A DNA stretch of 64,000 nt from Octopus vulgaris (lineage: Eukaryota). The DNA lies in NCBI GenBank assembly GCA_951406725.2, contig OX597838.1:8928001-8992000 (forward strand), in the 5' to 3' direction. Positions 38,201-51,200 of this stretch are shown piece after piece. The position numbers were made by a program, and so were the translations under genes. Each line of letters begins with the position of its first letter. The first letter of the stretch is position 1. The notes beneath the pieces were generated by a model that saw only the letters and a program-made list of their open reading frames with translations, did not search any database and had not been told where the DNA came from.

Positions 38201-39158
38201 ATGCGTAAGCTCGCTAGAAATGAAGCCAGTATGCTCCGATGGATGTGTAATGCCAGTACTCACACTCGGCAGAGTGTAAGTACCTTGAGAGAAAAGCTGG
38301 ACCTAAGAAGCATCAGTTGTGGTGTGCAAGAGAGACGTTTGCGCTGGTATGGTCATGTGGCGAGAATGGATGAAGATAGTTGTGTGAAAAAGTGCCACAC
38401 CCTAGCGGTTGAGGGAACCTGTGGAAGAGGCAGACCCAGGAAAACCTGGGACGAGGTGGTGAAGCACGACCTTCGAACTTTAGGTCTCACCGAGGAAATG
38501 ACTAGAGACCGAGACCTCTGGAAGTGTGCTGTGCGCGAGAAGACCCGGCAGGACAAGTGAGTCCACAACCCGTGGCCTTCTACATGGGATGGAGCCAGCC
38601 TACGTATGCATACCTTCCCTTCTTGGGACACAAAACTCTACTTGTGAAGACGTGTTGAGGCAAGTGAGGATCAGAATGGAAATTGCGGATGTGCTACCAG
38701 TGCCGGTGGCATGTCGAAACTCTGCTTGTGAAGACCCATTGAGGCAAGTGAGGATCAGAATCGAAATCGATCAATGGAAATCGATCAATGGAAATTGCAG
38801 ATGTGTTACCAGTGCCGGTGGCATGTAAGAGAACCTTCCGTTTCGCGACCGTTGCCAGCACCGCCCCGTTTCGTGTTCGTTGCCAGCCTCGCCTGGCCCT
38901 CGTGCCGGTGGCACATAAAAAACACCATCCGTTCGTGGCCGTTTGCCAGCTCTGGCTGGCACCAGTGCGGGTGGCACGTAAAAAGCACCCACTACACTCA
39001 CGGAGTGGTTGGCGTTAGGAAGGGCATCCAGCCGTAGAAACACTGCCAGATTTGACTGGGCCTGATGAAGCCTTCTGGCTTCACAGACCCCAGCAGAACC
39101 GTCCAACCCATGCTAGCATGGAAAACGGACGCTAAATGATGATGATGATGATGATGAT
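35223..39158 (+). mobile_element. Near full-length RTE-clade LINE (single APE+RT ORF ~35515-38560 with ~4 frameshifts, ~600-nt 3'UTR, (GAT)n tail)
   Basis: LRVGTLNVGTL..QEIRW, AGDFNGHVG, SQIDYIL, KAPGPSG, QFGFVPGKSTTD, FVDMEKAFDRV, GVHQGSVLSP, YADDL (37604), FRYLG, RRLRWYGHVARM, RGRPRKTW; ends in gatgatgat at 39138-39158. Confidence 0.93.
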
Positions 39159-40380
39159 GTGCTTAACTGGAATACCAGTGAAATAATGAAATTGACAGAA
39201 AAATCCACAAGCTACTGACTTGTAATAAGATGCACCATTCAAAGGCAGACGTGGATCATTTTACCTTTCCAGAGCTCAGGGAGGTCGAGGCTTGATCAAG
39301 CTTGAACTTAAGTACAAAACCACCACAATCAGACTGGCCAAATACCTTGAAACAACCAACGATTGGATGCTAAATCTTGTTGAAAAACATGAAAGACCGA
39401 AAAAACTTCACTCTATTCTGAAAGAGAGCAAAAAATTTGCTACTGATCTCTTAGATACCCACCAGATTGATCAGGTTGAAGGAAATGTGCCAACTGCTGC
39501 TGCAAAGAAAATAAAATTAATTGCAAAGATAAAAGCACATGAAAAATTAGCTAGCAGATGGGAACAGAAACCTCTGCATGGCAAGTATGTGGCCCGTAGC
39601 AAAAAAGCTGATGTCGACCAGAAACACACGCACCAATGGTTACGAAGCTCAGGGCTAAAAGCAGAGAGTGAAGGTTTCATATTAGCTGCTCAAGACCAAA
39701 GCTTATTAACCCGGAACTACCAAGCTAATGTGATTAAAAAATGGAGCTGACCCAAAATGCCGATTCTGTAACGATGAGATTGAAACTATAGACCACCTAA
39801 TCTCAGGGTGGAGAGTCTTAACACCTGTAGAATATAAAGCAAGACATGACAGAGTCGGCCAGTATTTACACTGGACAATATGTCGGCATTATAAAATCAA
39901 AACCACTGACAAATGGTATAAACACCATCCTGAAGCTGTGACTGAGGGAGAAAATGTGTCGATTCTATGGGACTTCCTCGTACAGACCGACAAGACTATA
40001 AAAGCTAATAAACCGGATATTATTATAAAAGATCAGACAAAAAGGATGTGTTTATTAATTGACATGAGTATTCCCTGTGACCACAATATAGCGGCGAAAG
40101 AATTTGACAAGATTAGTAAATATAAAGACCTGCTAATAGAAATTGAAAAAACGTGGCATCTCAAGGCAACTACAGTACCAGTGATTGTGGGATCTCAGGG
40201 AATGATAAAAAAAGGTACTGAAACCTATTTGAAAATGATACCAGGCTTACCATCCCTACAGGAAGTACAAAAAATCGTGTTAACTGGAACGGCTCATGTA
40301 CTGAGAAGAGCATTATCGCTGTGAAAACAACATCCATTCATGAATTTATTTATTTATTAATTTTTTTAAATCCATATTTT
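39159..40380 (+). mobile_element. Dong/R4-type LINE B, 3' half with CCHC and PD-(D/E)xK restriction-like endonuclease
   Basis: Resumes VLNW..IDRK..MHHSKADVD, then ESEGFILAAQDQ, CRFC..ETIDHLISG, NKPDIII..IDMSIP..KISKYKDL, LTGTAHVLRRALSL stop. Confidence 0.88.
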
Positions 40381-41017
40381 ACCTGTGAATTTGCGTGTGT
40401 AATCTGGGAATGCATGCAATGAGCTTCTCTGCCCTAGGTGTTCGGAAAACATTCGGCGAGAAATGGAAGAAAATTTGAAGAAAGAAGGAAAAAAAAAAAA
40501 ATTAATAATGATTCTTTCTACTAAAGGAAGAAGACCTGAAATTTTGAGGGGACGGAGTGCTCAATCGTTACTTATTTTATTGTCTCTGAAAGGCAAAGTT
40601 GAGTTTGGTAGAATTGATGCGGAACGTAAAGCCGGAAGAAATTCCATCGAACATTTTGTCTGGTGTACTAATGAGCTTACTAGTGAGCTTACCATGGCTG
40701 ATCGCACTACCAGTGCCTGTTCTGGTACTGTTATTCTATATATTTTTGGCAGGGAGATGAATCGCTGCTATCTCTAGTGGTCGAGTGTCCATCACTGATG
40801 AGATCAAGGAAGGTAAAAATCATGTGATTTGGTGGTCTTGGCATTGGACGTGGTGGGGATTTATCTCCCCTACTTGCACCAAAAAGGCCAATATCAGAGT
40901 TTCTCTCATGGCATCTGCTGCAGTATGGTTTGTTCTAACACAACATTCACGATTGAGGCAGGACAAAACTTTACAATGATGTTTTGCAACATCCTAGTAT
41001 GATGCATTCTTGGCCAG

Positions 41018-41700
41018 TTAATGGTTTAACATTCCTGCTTCCAAAAAATTATAGACCCATTACCTGCTTAACAACAATGTATAAAACGCTAAAATCTGTC
41101 CTGACGGAATATGCCTATAGTTTTTTAATAGACAGCAGCATATTCCCTAATGAACAGAAAGGATGTAAACGTGGATCCTATGGTTGTAAAGATCAGCTAC
41201 TCATCAATAAGATGATCCTAGAAGATTGTCACAAACGACACAAAAACTTGTCAATAGCCTGGATAGACTATAAAAAGGCTTTTGATAGTCTACCACATAG
41301 CTGGATTAAGAAACGTCTGGAAATGTATAAAATAGCACCTACTCTGTGAAACTTTTTGTCTGTAAGTATGAGATCATGGAGAACCACAGTGACAATGAAT
41401 CTCTAAATGCTAGAGATGTAAAAATTTCATGTGGAATTTTCCAGAGTGACTCACTATCACCACTCCTCTTTTGTCTAGCCTTAATACCTCTCTCAAAATT
41501 GCTCAATGATGCACAGTACGGATATAAAATGTTTGATAAAAATATAAATCATCTCATTTACATGGATGATTTAAAGCTCTTTGCAAAAAATGACCAACAA
41601 CTCAAGGGCTTACTAACGATTGTTAAATAATTCAGTGATGACATCAAGATGCAATTTGGCCTTGATAAATGTGCAAAAGCTACCTTTGTCAAAGGAAAAA
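41018..41700 (+). mobile_element. Second copy of the RT region of Dong/R4 fragment A
   Basis: 41133-41700 is near-identical to 24642-25220. Confidence 0.88.
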
Positions 41701-43264
41701 TTCAATAAACATTCAATTTCTTTCAGAAGCTATGGAGAAGTACAGTTCACCTGGCTGCAAATTGGTAAACCATTCTATTTACAGATGGCAGCATATCACC
41801 AGTCATTATGTACTGAATTCAAATCCCACCAAGGTAGACTTTGCCTTTCATTGTTTCGGAGTTGATAAAATAAGTACCAGTTGCATACTGGGGCTGTAGA
41901 AAGGATTATTATTACTGTTATGACTAAGGCAATAAGCTGGCAGAATCATTAGTGCATTGGACAAAATGCTTAGCAGCATATTTCTGGGTCTTTACGCTCT
42001 GAGTTCAAATACTACCAAGGTCATCTTTAACTTTCATCCTCCTGGGGTCAATGTAATTAACTTGACCCCCTCCCAATTGCTAGCATTGTGCCATTAATTT
42101 TAAATAATTGTTATTTAGTGAAGGTGTGTGGTCTAGTGCTTCAGGTGGTGAACTCACAATCTAGTGATTGCAGGTTCAATTCTTTGGATGAGTGGCGTGC
42201 TGTGTTCTTGAGCAAAACACTTTGTCTCACGTCGTTCCAGTCTACTTGGCTGTAAAAGGGTTAACCCTGTGATGGACTAGCCTTCTGATCGGGGGAAGTT
42301 AGTCTGGTCACCTAACCCAGCGGAGTGGCATCACTCAAAAGCTAAAACAATGCAAAGTGTATTGTGACCAGCGATATGAGAAGAATATTCTTGTGTATGA
42401 TGAATGAGTGAGACTTTGGCATTGAGGAGAAGACCCATCAGGCCAAGAAAAATCGCAGTTATGGCAGATTCCGGGATCATACAAATGGCATCCGTGCCAG
42501 TGGAACGTAAAAGCACCCATTACACTCTCAGAGTGGTTGGCATTAGGAAGTGCATCTGGCCACGGAAAACCATGCCAAATCAGACTGGAGTCTGGTGCAG
42601 CCTTCCAGCGTGTCAGCCCTGGTCAAACCATCCAACACATGCAAGCACGGACAACAGACATTAAATGATGATGATGCTATATAACAATACCACAGTTTGG
42701 CTGAGTGGTTAAGAAGATAGCTTTGCAATGATGCAAGATTTGGGTTCAGTCCCACTGGACGGTACCTCGGGCAAGTGTCTTCTGCTTTAGCTCTAGGCTG
42801 ACTAATGGCTTGTGAGTGAATTTGGTAGATAGAAACTGTGTGGAAGCCTGTTGTGTGCGTGTATGTGCTTGTCTACTGTTTGACAACCGATGTTGGTTTG
42901 TTTACTTCCCCATAGTTTAGCCGTTCAATAGAACAAGTACCAGACTTTAAAAATATAAAAAAATAAATGGCGTCATTCTTGTTCAACTGGACCAGTCAGG
43001 AGTAAACTGCAGCCCATGGCACTTTCTGAATGGCACATCTAATTTCACCAGGAAAATAGTATTTATTAAAATTTTCCAGTAGTGCGATCCACATGATGAT
43101 GAGACACATCTCATGTGGCCTGCTTGCCTGCTTCTTGAAAAAAAAAAAAAAGGTCGTCTGTTCCTGAACTAGATCCTTCAAAGTGGTACACCAGCCTGGC
43201 CACAGTCCAGTGATTGAAACAAGTATCGCATAAAAGAAGACGAAGATGTAAGGGGTTGTCCTGT

Positions 43265-43695
43265 TCAGCGCCAAATTTGTATCTCACCGTCCAGACTGCA
43301 GCATGCCAGGGTACTGGGCAAAACCGGATGGTATGCAACATCCATTGTCACAGAGAATCCAGTCTCAAGACTCTGCAACATTAAACCATTATAGAAGTGG
43401 TAAGTATAAACCTTACCATCTGAACTGCCACTACTTACATATCGACCATCAAAGGATATGTCAAAACCAATCTTGTAGCCCAGCAACTGCAAAAGAAAGA
43501 GGAAAAAATTCTATAAGGCGCAGGAGTGGCTGTGTGGTAAGTAGCTTGCTAACCAGCCACATGGTTCCGGGTTCGGTCCCACTGCGTGGCATCTTGGGCA
43601 AGTGTCTTCTGCTATAGCCTCGGGCCGACCAAAGCCTTGTGAGTGGATTTGGTAGACGGAAACTGAAAGAAGCCTGTTGTATATATGTGTGTGTG

Positions 43696-43728
<33 letters not shown>

Positions 43729-45233
43729 TTGTGTGTCTGTGTTTGTCCCCCTAGTATTGCTTGACAACCGATGCTGGTGTGTTTACATCCCCGTCACTTA
43801 GCGGTTTGGCAAAAGAGGCCGATAGAATAAGTACTGGGCTTACAAAAAAGAATAAGTCCCGGGGTCGATTTGCTCGACTAAAGGTGGTGCTCCAGCATGG
43901 CCGCAGTCAAATGACTGAAACAAGTAACAGAGTAAAAGAGTAAGAGTATAATATTTCTATAATATCTGTGCGATGAAGAAGGTCTACAAAAGTACCTGCC
44001 CTCAACCATTTTGTCTTATCTCTGTAAGCTGGTTACAAAGGTTACTCGCTTGGCAACAGGTGGGGGTTGGTGTCAGGAAGGGCATCCGGCCGTAGAAAAC
44101 ATGCCACACGCATAGCGCTGCGTATATGTGCATAGTCGCCAGACTATTGAGACGTTTCAACAGGGGAGAGAGAGCAAGCAGGTCTCCATAAGTGCTACAG
44201 TTCAATGGATCGTGTATTCACTCAACCACAGCTTAGAGAACGGGCGAAAGAATGCAAGCTGCCTCTCTGCATCACTTTAGTTGACTATGGAAAGGCCTTT
44301 GGCAGCGTTGAGGCCAACATAGCACTGAAATTGTTGGAAATGCAAAGTGTTGAGGTACAATACATCAAACTGCTGAGAGATGTGAACTCTGGATGCACAA
44401 CAGATACAGCTCTGCTATCACCACCAGTAAGGGTTTCAAATAAGGAGATACTATGGAGTAAAGATTGTTTGCCAGCATAACATGGCAGTCCTGGTTTAGG
44501 ACGAATGTTGCTGTAATTTAGCCCCAAGAGACATCGTCTCCAGCTGGCTATACAACATGATCTGTGTCCTTATATTTTCGAACAAGGGAATCTAGCACCC
44601 CCACTCATATTGCCTTGTTTAAAAATATAAGGACACAGATCGTGTCATATAGGTAGCTGGAGACGATGTCTCCTGGGGTTAAAATTACAGCAACATTCGT
44701 CCTAAACCATAACTGCCATGTTATGTTGGCAAGCAATCTTTACTACAAAGTACTATTGCTGAACATCTCTTGTTGTGAGATTTGAAAATAGTAATTTTCT
44801 AAGGAGATACCATCTTGGTAAAAGTTAGTGTTTCAAGGATTGAGCAGTCGATATGATATAGACATATATACACCCATACATACAGAATGGAGGGAAGAGA
44901 GCGAGAGCAGCTGAGGAAAATATGAAATAGCCAGAAGTTTGACATTGAGTTGTTTCTCATAAGAAGAAAGAAGCAGAAAGAACGAGATTTGCACAAATTG
45001 TTTGCACTATTCTGCAAGACTAGCCTGAGCTTAAGCACTCTATCGCACACCCTGACTACCTCTATGACGTTATCCACCAATTTCTCTGCAAGAAATATGC
45101 CTAGACCACCTACTCCGCCAGTTACCTTCCCAGAAGATTTTATACCTATGTGCTTTGCCTGTGAGGGCCCTGGCAGAATCTCCTCTCCACCTTACCTCTT
45201 GTATGCAGCATACATCAACACGCCTCCGTCTCC

Positions 45234-45271
<38 letters not shown>

Positions 45272-48200
45272 ATCATCATCATCATTTAGTGTTTATTTTC
45301 CATGTTGGCATGGGATAGCTGGTTTGGCTGGAACTGGAAAGATGGAGAGCTGCAGCAGGCTCCAATCTTACACACACACACACACTCATATATTTATACA
45401 TTTGCATGCATATACAAAAGTACATGAAGCTAGATATGCACACACACACACACACGAACACAGACTGTACACAAAAATCTTGTTAAGATGAGAAAGAAAA
45501 CGAACCTTGTGTTTCTCAAATCTCTTGGATTTATCCATCTTGAAAGGGGATTTCGATGAAAACAAGGCGATATAACCTCCTTGACTCTGGGCAAGGAATG
45601 TATTCTCCCTGGGGTGTTGGCAAAGTCGGGCACATATATATTTCTCCTGCAAATTGAAACATCAAATGTAATGAAGTAACATGTAAGTAAGAAATGTCAT
45701 TTGTATTGATTTAGGTTAAGAAATTACATCATCATCAATATTTAAGGTCCACTTTCCCATGCGTGCAGGGGTTGGAGGGAGTTTACTGAGGCAGATTATG
45801 CTAGGGCTTAATGCCCATTCTGTCACCAACCTTTACCTGTGCTAGTGGGGTGCCAAGAGTCACATCCGAGCGTGATCGTTGCCAGAGCAGCCAACCGGCT
45901 TCCGTGCCGGTGGCACGTAAAAGGGCACCATTCGAGCGTGATCGTTACCAACATCGCCTTACTGGCACCTGTGCCGGTGGCATGTGTAAAAAAGATTCGA
46001 GTGAGGTCATTGCCAGTACTGCCTGACTGGCCCCATGCCAGTCACATGTAAAAAGCACCCACTACACTCTCGGAGTGGTTGGCATCAGGAAGGGCATCCA
46101 GCTGTAGAAACTCTGCCAGATCAAGATTGGAGTCTGGTGCGGCCATCTGGTTCGCCAGCCCTCAGTCAAAATCGTCCAACCCATGCTAGCATGGAAAGCG
46201 GACGTTAAACGATGATGATGATGATATCATAATTAATCTTAAAAACAAAGAATGCAGTACGTACATGGTAAATCTGATTTGAGAGAACAACCCCAGTCTG
46301 ACAATGCCATGCCATTATATTTCGGTCAGCTGAATCTTGACTGATGATATCACAGCAGCTGAAGAATGTCTCTCCATCACGTGAGAACACAATGTCCTGT
46401 ATCTGGGATGGAACAGCAGCAATGGGAAGAAAATGGCAAAAAAGATTAGAAGCTAATAAAAAACGGTACAAGATCAATACAAACAAATACGAGTAATTAA
46501 TGCAGCAACCATGTTGCTTGTTAATGAATCCTCCTCATCATTTAACGTCCGTTTCCCATGCTGGCATGAGTTGGATGGTTTAAATGAAAGCTGATAGGCT
46601 GGGGAACTGCACCAGGTTCCAATCTGATTTGGCATGGTTTCTACAGCTGGATGCCCTTCCTAATACCTATTTCTTTACTACCCACTAAAGGGGCTAAACA
46701 CAGAAGGGACAAATAAGGACAGACAAACGGATTAGGTCGATTATATTGATCCCAGTGCGTAACTGGTACTTATTTAATCGACCCCAAAAGGATGAAAGGC
46801 AAAGTCGACCTCGGCGGAAATTGAACTCAGAACGTAACGGCAGACGAAATACGGCCACGCATTTCGCCCGGCGTGCTAACGTTTCTGCCAGCTCGCCGCC
46901 CTAATACCAACCACTCCAAGAGTGTAGTGGGATGCATTTTATGTGGCACCAGCACGGGTGCCAGTTACGTAACACTAGCATCGACCACAACTACGACTCC
47001 ACTTGGCTTGACGGATCTTCTCAAGCAGGGTGTATTACCAAAGATCTTGGCCACTTGTCGCTGACACCCAACATTCAAAGGGTGCCTTTTATGAAAAATC
47101 AATTTGTGATTTCGTCCCCCTTGCCCTTCTCTTCCCATTCTTTCTTCTGTTTACTTTTTGTATCTTGAGGGTTCACACTGGCATCTTGCCATCACCATCT
47201 TTCTCTCCCTCTCCAGCTACTCTCAATGTGGAGTAGCTATGTATCTCCTCTACAGCAAGGAACCCATTCTGCCCCTCTATCATATTTCAGCCATTCAACA
47301 GCTGGCATAAAACCCAGCCCCATGGCTTTACTACACTTCCACCTAAGCTGAAGGGGCTTATTTTTTTTCTTTTGCCTTGCAAGTTACTGGGTGACTTCAT
47401 TTCGAGCTGGCCTGGTCAGTGTTAAGAAAGACATCCAGCTGTAGAGACCGTGCTGAAGCTTAACTGGAGCTCGATGTAGTCCGATAACTTGTTGGATCCT
47501 GTCGAATCATCCAACCCAAGCCAACATGTAACAGAGACATTAAATGATGATGATGATGGTGGTAATGAGGAGGATGCCAAACACGAACATCCTGCCTATC
47601 ATCATCATCATCATCTAACGTCTGTTCTCCATGCTAGCATGGGTTGGACGCTTCAACCGGGGATCTGGGAAGCCAGAAGGCTGCACCAGGCTCCAGTCTT
47701 ATCAGTCAATGTTTCTACAGCTGGATGCCCTTCCTAACGCCAACCACTCCGTGAGTGTAGTGGGTGCTTTTTACGTGCCACCTGCACAGGTGCCAGGCGA
47801 GGCTGGCAACGGCCACGGTCGGATTGGTGTATTTTATGTGCCACCGGCACAGAAGCCAGTCGAGGCGGCGCTGGCATCGGCCACGAGTCGGATAGTGCTT
47901 TACGTACCACCAGACCAGGGATCCTGGCTGGTTCAATTCGATTTCGCTTGCCCCAACATGTCTTCGCAAGCAAAGGGGGTTGGCATGGGTGCCTGTCGTA
48001 CGGTCGGATTGGTGTATTTTACGTGCCACTGGCACCTTTTAGCAATATCTAGAATTACATTATCTAACATGTTTTTTCTTCATTTACAGCAGTAACAGCC
48101 AGCTGCTCTACAAAGTGGTTGGTGTTAAAAAAGGGCATCCGGCCAGAGAAAATCTACTGCCATGAATTTCATCTCGCCCATGCAAGCACAGAACAGTGGA

Positions 48201-51200
48201 CATTATATATTTCTTTACTACCCACAAGGGGCTAAACACAGAGGGGACAAACGGATTAAGTCGATTATATCGGCCCCAGTGCGTAACTGGTACTTAATTT
48301 ATCGATCCCGAAAGGATGAAAGGCAAAGTCGACCTCGGCGGAATTTGAACCCGGAACGTAACGGCAGACGAAATACGGCTACGCATTTCGCCCAGCGTGC
48401 TAACGTTTCTGCCAGCTCGCCGTGGACATTATAATGATGATAATGATGATGATGATAACTAAGAACACGGAATGATATTCTTATCTATTCTTCAGTTCTG
48501 TTCTGCACAAACCTCTCTGTGCACCCAAATGAAATATCAGGAAAGAGAGTGCAGTTAAGTTAGGTTATAAATTGTTCTGATGATAAGATATCCTTCCCAA
48601 CACAAACATTTGTGAATTGAAGTGACAAAGCAGAGCTTAATATCACACAAAGCTTCCCATCCCATTCACACTAAATTAGAAAAGAGATGAAACTATAGGA
48701 CAGCAAAGATCATGATTGTGCTGTTGTGATTATAATAATAATCATCATCATCATTTAGCGTCCGCTTTCCATGCTAGCATGGGTTGGACGGTTCAACTGG
48801 GGTCTGTGAAGCCGGAAGGCTTCATCAGGCCCAGTCTTATCTGGCAGTGTTTCTACGGCTGGATGCCCTTCCTAACGCCAACCACTCCGTGAGTGTAGTG
48901 GGTGCTTTTTACGTGCCACCCGCATAGGTGCCAGACGGAGCTGGCAAACGGCCACAAATGGATGGTGCTTTTATGTGCCACTGGCACCGGACACGAACGG
49001 ATGGTGCTTTTACGTGCCACCGGCACGGAGGCCAGTCGGGGCGGCGCTGGCAACGGCCACGAACGGATGGTGCTTTTTATGTGCCACCGGCACGTGATTT
49101 TATAATAATGAGGTTGTGATAAGGTTTACTAACTTACAGTTCCGAGGCTGTCTTTGTAGTTGTACTGTCTCACTGGTTCTTGGGCAGTTCTGAGGTCCCA
49201 GGAGTAAACGACATTTTTGGTGCCAGTCAACACCAGGTTGGCATTGACTGGGTGGTAGCGAGCACATGGCACAATCTCGTGGTGGGAAAGGGTTTGTAAA
49301 GCAGATCCTGTGCATGAAGATGGTAGCATTAATTAGGCTTTCTGGAAGAGTCTGGTTTTGGGCACTGTAAACGTCTCAACCCTTTCACTGCAAAATTAAA
49401 TTTCATGATCATTCCAGTAAAGATGCTAAATATCTACCCAAAAATACAACTGGTATTTTCTGCTTCAATAAAATTAACACATCTCAATGAATTATAGTTT
49501 CAAACACAACCATTCCTTAACAAAAGACAGAATGGGATATAAAACTGCTTTCTGTGGCTAAGAATTATTACATTTTGAACAGATATATCTGATTTCCGCA
49601 GTAAAAGGGTTAAGTAATGATAGCAACAGTGATGAGAATGATTACACTAATGATACACTAATAACATTCCTTATTCTCTCATCATTATAATGTCCACCAT
49701 CATCATTTAGCATCCGTTTTCTTTGTTGGCATCTCTCTATATAAAAAGCACCATCCTGAACGTGGCCAATGCCAGCGCCGCCTTGGCTAGCTTCCGTACC
49801 AGTGGTCATTCAAAGCTCCAACTGATCGTGGCCGATGCCGGACCCCCACTGGCACCTGTGTAGGTGGCACGTAAAAAGCACCCACTACACTCACGGAGTG
49901 GTTGGTGTTAGGAAGAGCAACCAGCTGTAGAAACTCTGCCAGATCAGATTGGAGCCTGGTGCAGCCCCTGGCTTCCCAGACCCCGGTCGAACCGTCCAAC
50001 CCGTGCTAGCGCGGAAAACGGACGTTAAACGATGATGATGATGAATTTTAACTCTTTAACTGTGAAATTAAATTTCATGGTTATTCCAGTAATGATGTTA
50101 AACATCTCCCAAAAATAGAATCGGTATTTTCTGGTAGTCAGACTGCTTCAATAAAATTGACAAATTTCAATAGAAAATGGTTTCAAATATGACATTCCTC
50201 GACAAAAGACAGAATGGTGTATAAGACTGCTTTCTGCAATTAAGGGAAATGAAATTTTGAATGGATGTATGTGATCCCTGCAGTAAAAGGGTCAAATACA
50301 CAGGAGACAGGCCGATGTGGTTGGCTGGGTTAGTAACAAAAGGGTTAAGCACACAGCTGTTGTCTCCAAATCTGTAAAATAAAATTAATAACTCACCTGT
50401 CTCTACATCCGTAACAACAGCTTTCCGATCGTAGCCACAGGTGAGCACATGACGGCCACAGCTACTCCATTCCGCATCTTTAACACAACTAGAATGATGT
50501 GTAACTGTCTGGACACACGGTTCCAAAAGCGACCAAACGTTCCATATTTTAACTAGAGAGTCATCTGCCACCGATAGCAGGAGATGACTGTACTGAGCGA
50601 CACACCACCGAATACGGTTAATGCTGCCCACATGAGCTTGAATTGTAGTCTCTTTCTTCTTGGCTATTTGATTTGGGCCAGGGAAGGCTTTCGATTGGTA
50701 TGGACCAATTTTACTGTGAACAAAATAAAGTTTCCGCTTGGTTTGCATCGAATTAATTCCAGGTAAACTTTCAGATGTTGTTCCACGATTCTCGCTTTTA
50801 TGAAGTCTTTGCTTCTTGCTTGTATAAGCCTTGACACAAGACGATTCTTGTAAATCAGGCACCAACGCTTTACTAGACATCGATGCTTCTTGTTCGGGAG
50901 CCGTTAATTCTTCTTCTTCTTCATCAAACGGTGTAATTATAGTTTCAGAATCAGTAACATTTTTAAGAAAATGTTCTTTCAACTTCCCTGGATTTGCGAT
51001 TTCTTCTTCAGAAATACCTTTCCAGAAATCCACAGACGGTAAAGAGACGCTGCTTCCGTCATGATTTATAACAAAATCAGACACAGTTTTTTGAGGACTT
51101 TTATACCATAAATTCGTTGTGTCAGCAGCTGAACTAGTTTTCCCCTCCCTCTTGTTTCCTTCTTCTTCATCATCATCATCATTTAAAGCAAAGAAGTTAA

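Noticed and set aside
50167-50396. C-terminal part of the 379-aa ORF
   Set aside because: Read-through into the intron after the GTGAGT donor at 50396; overlaps a MITE.
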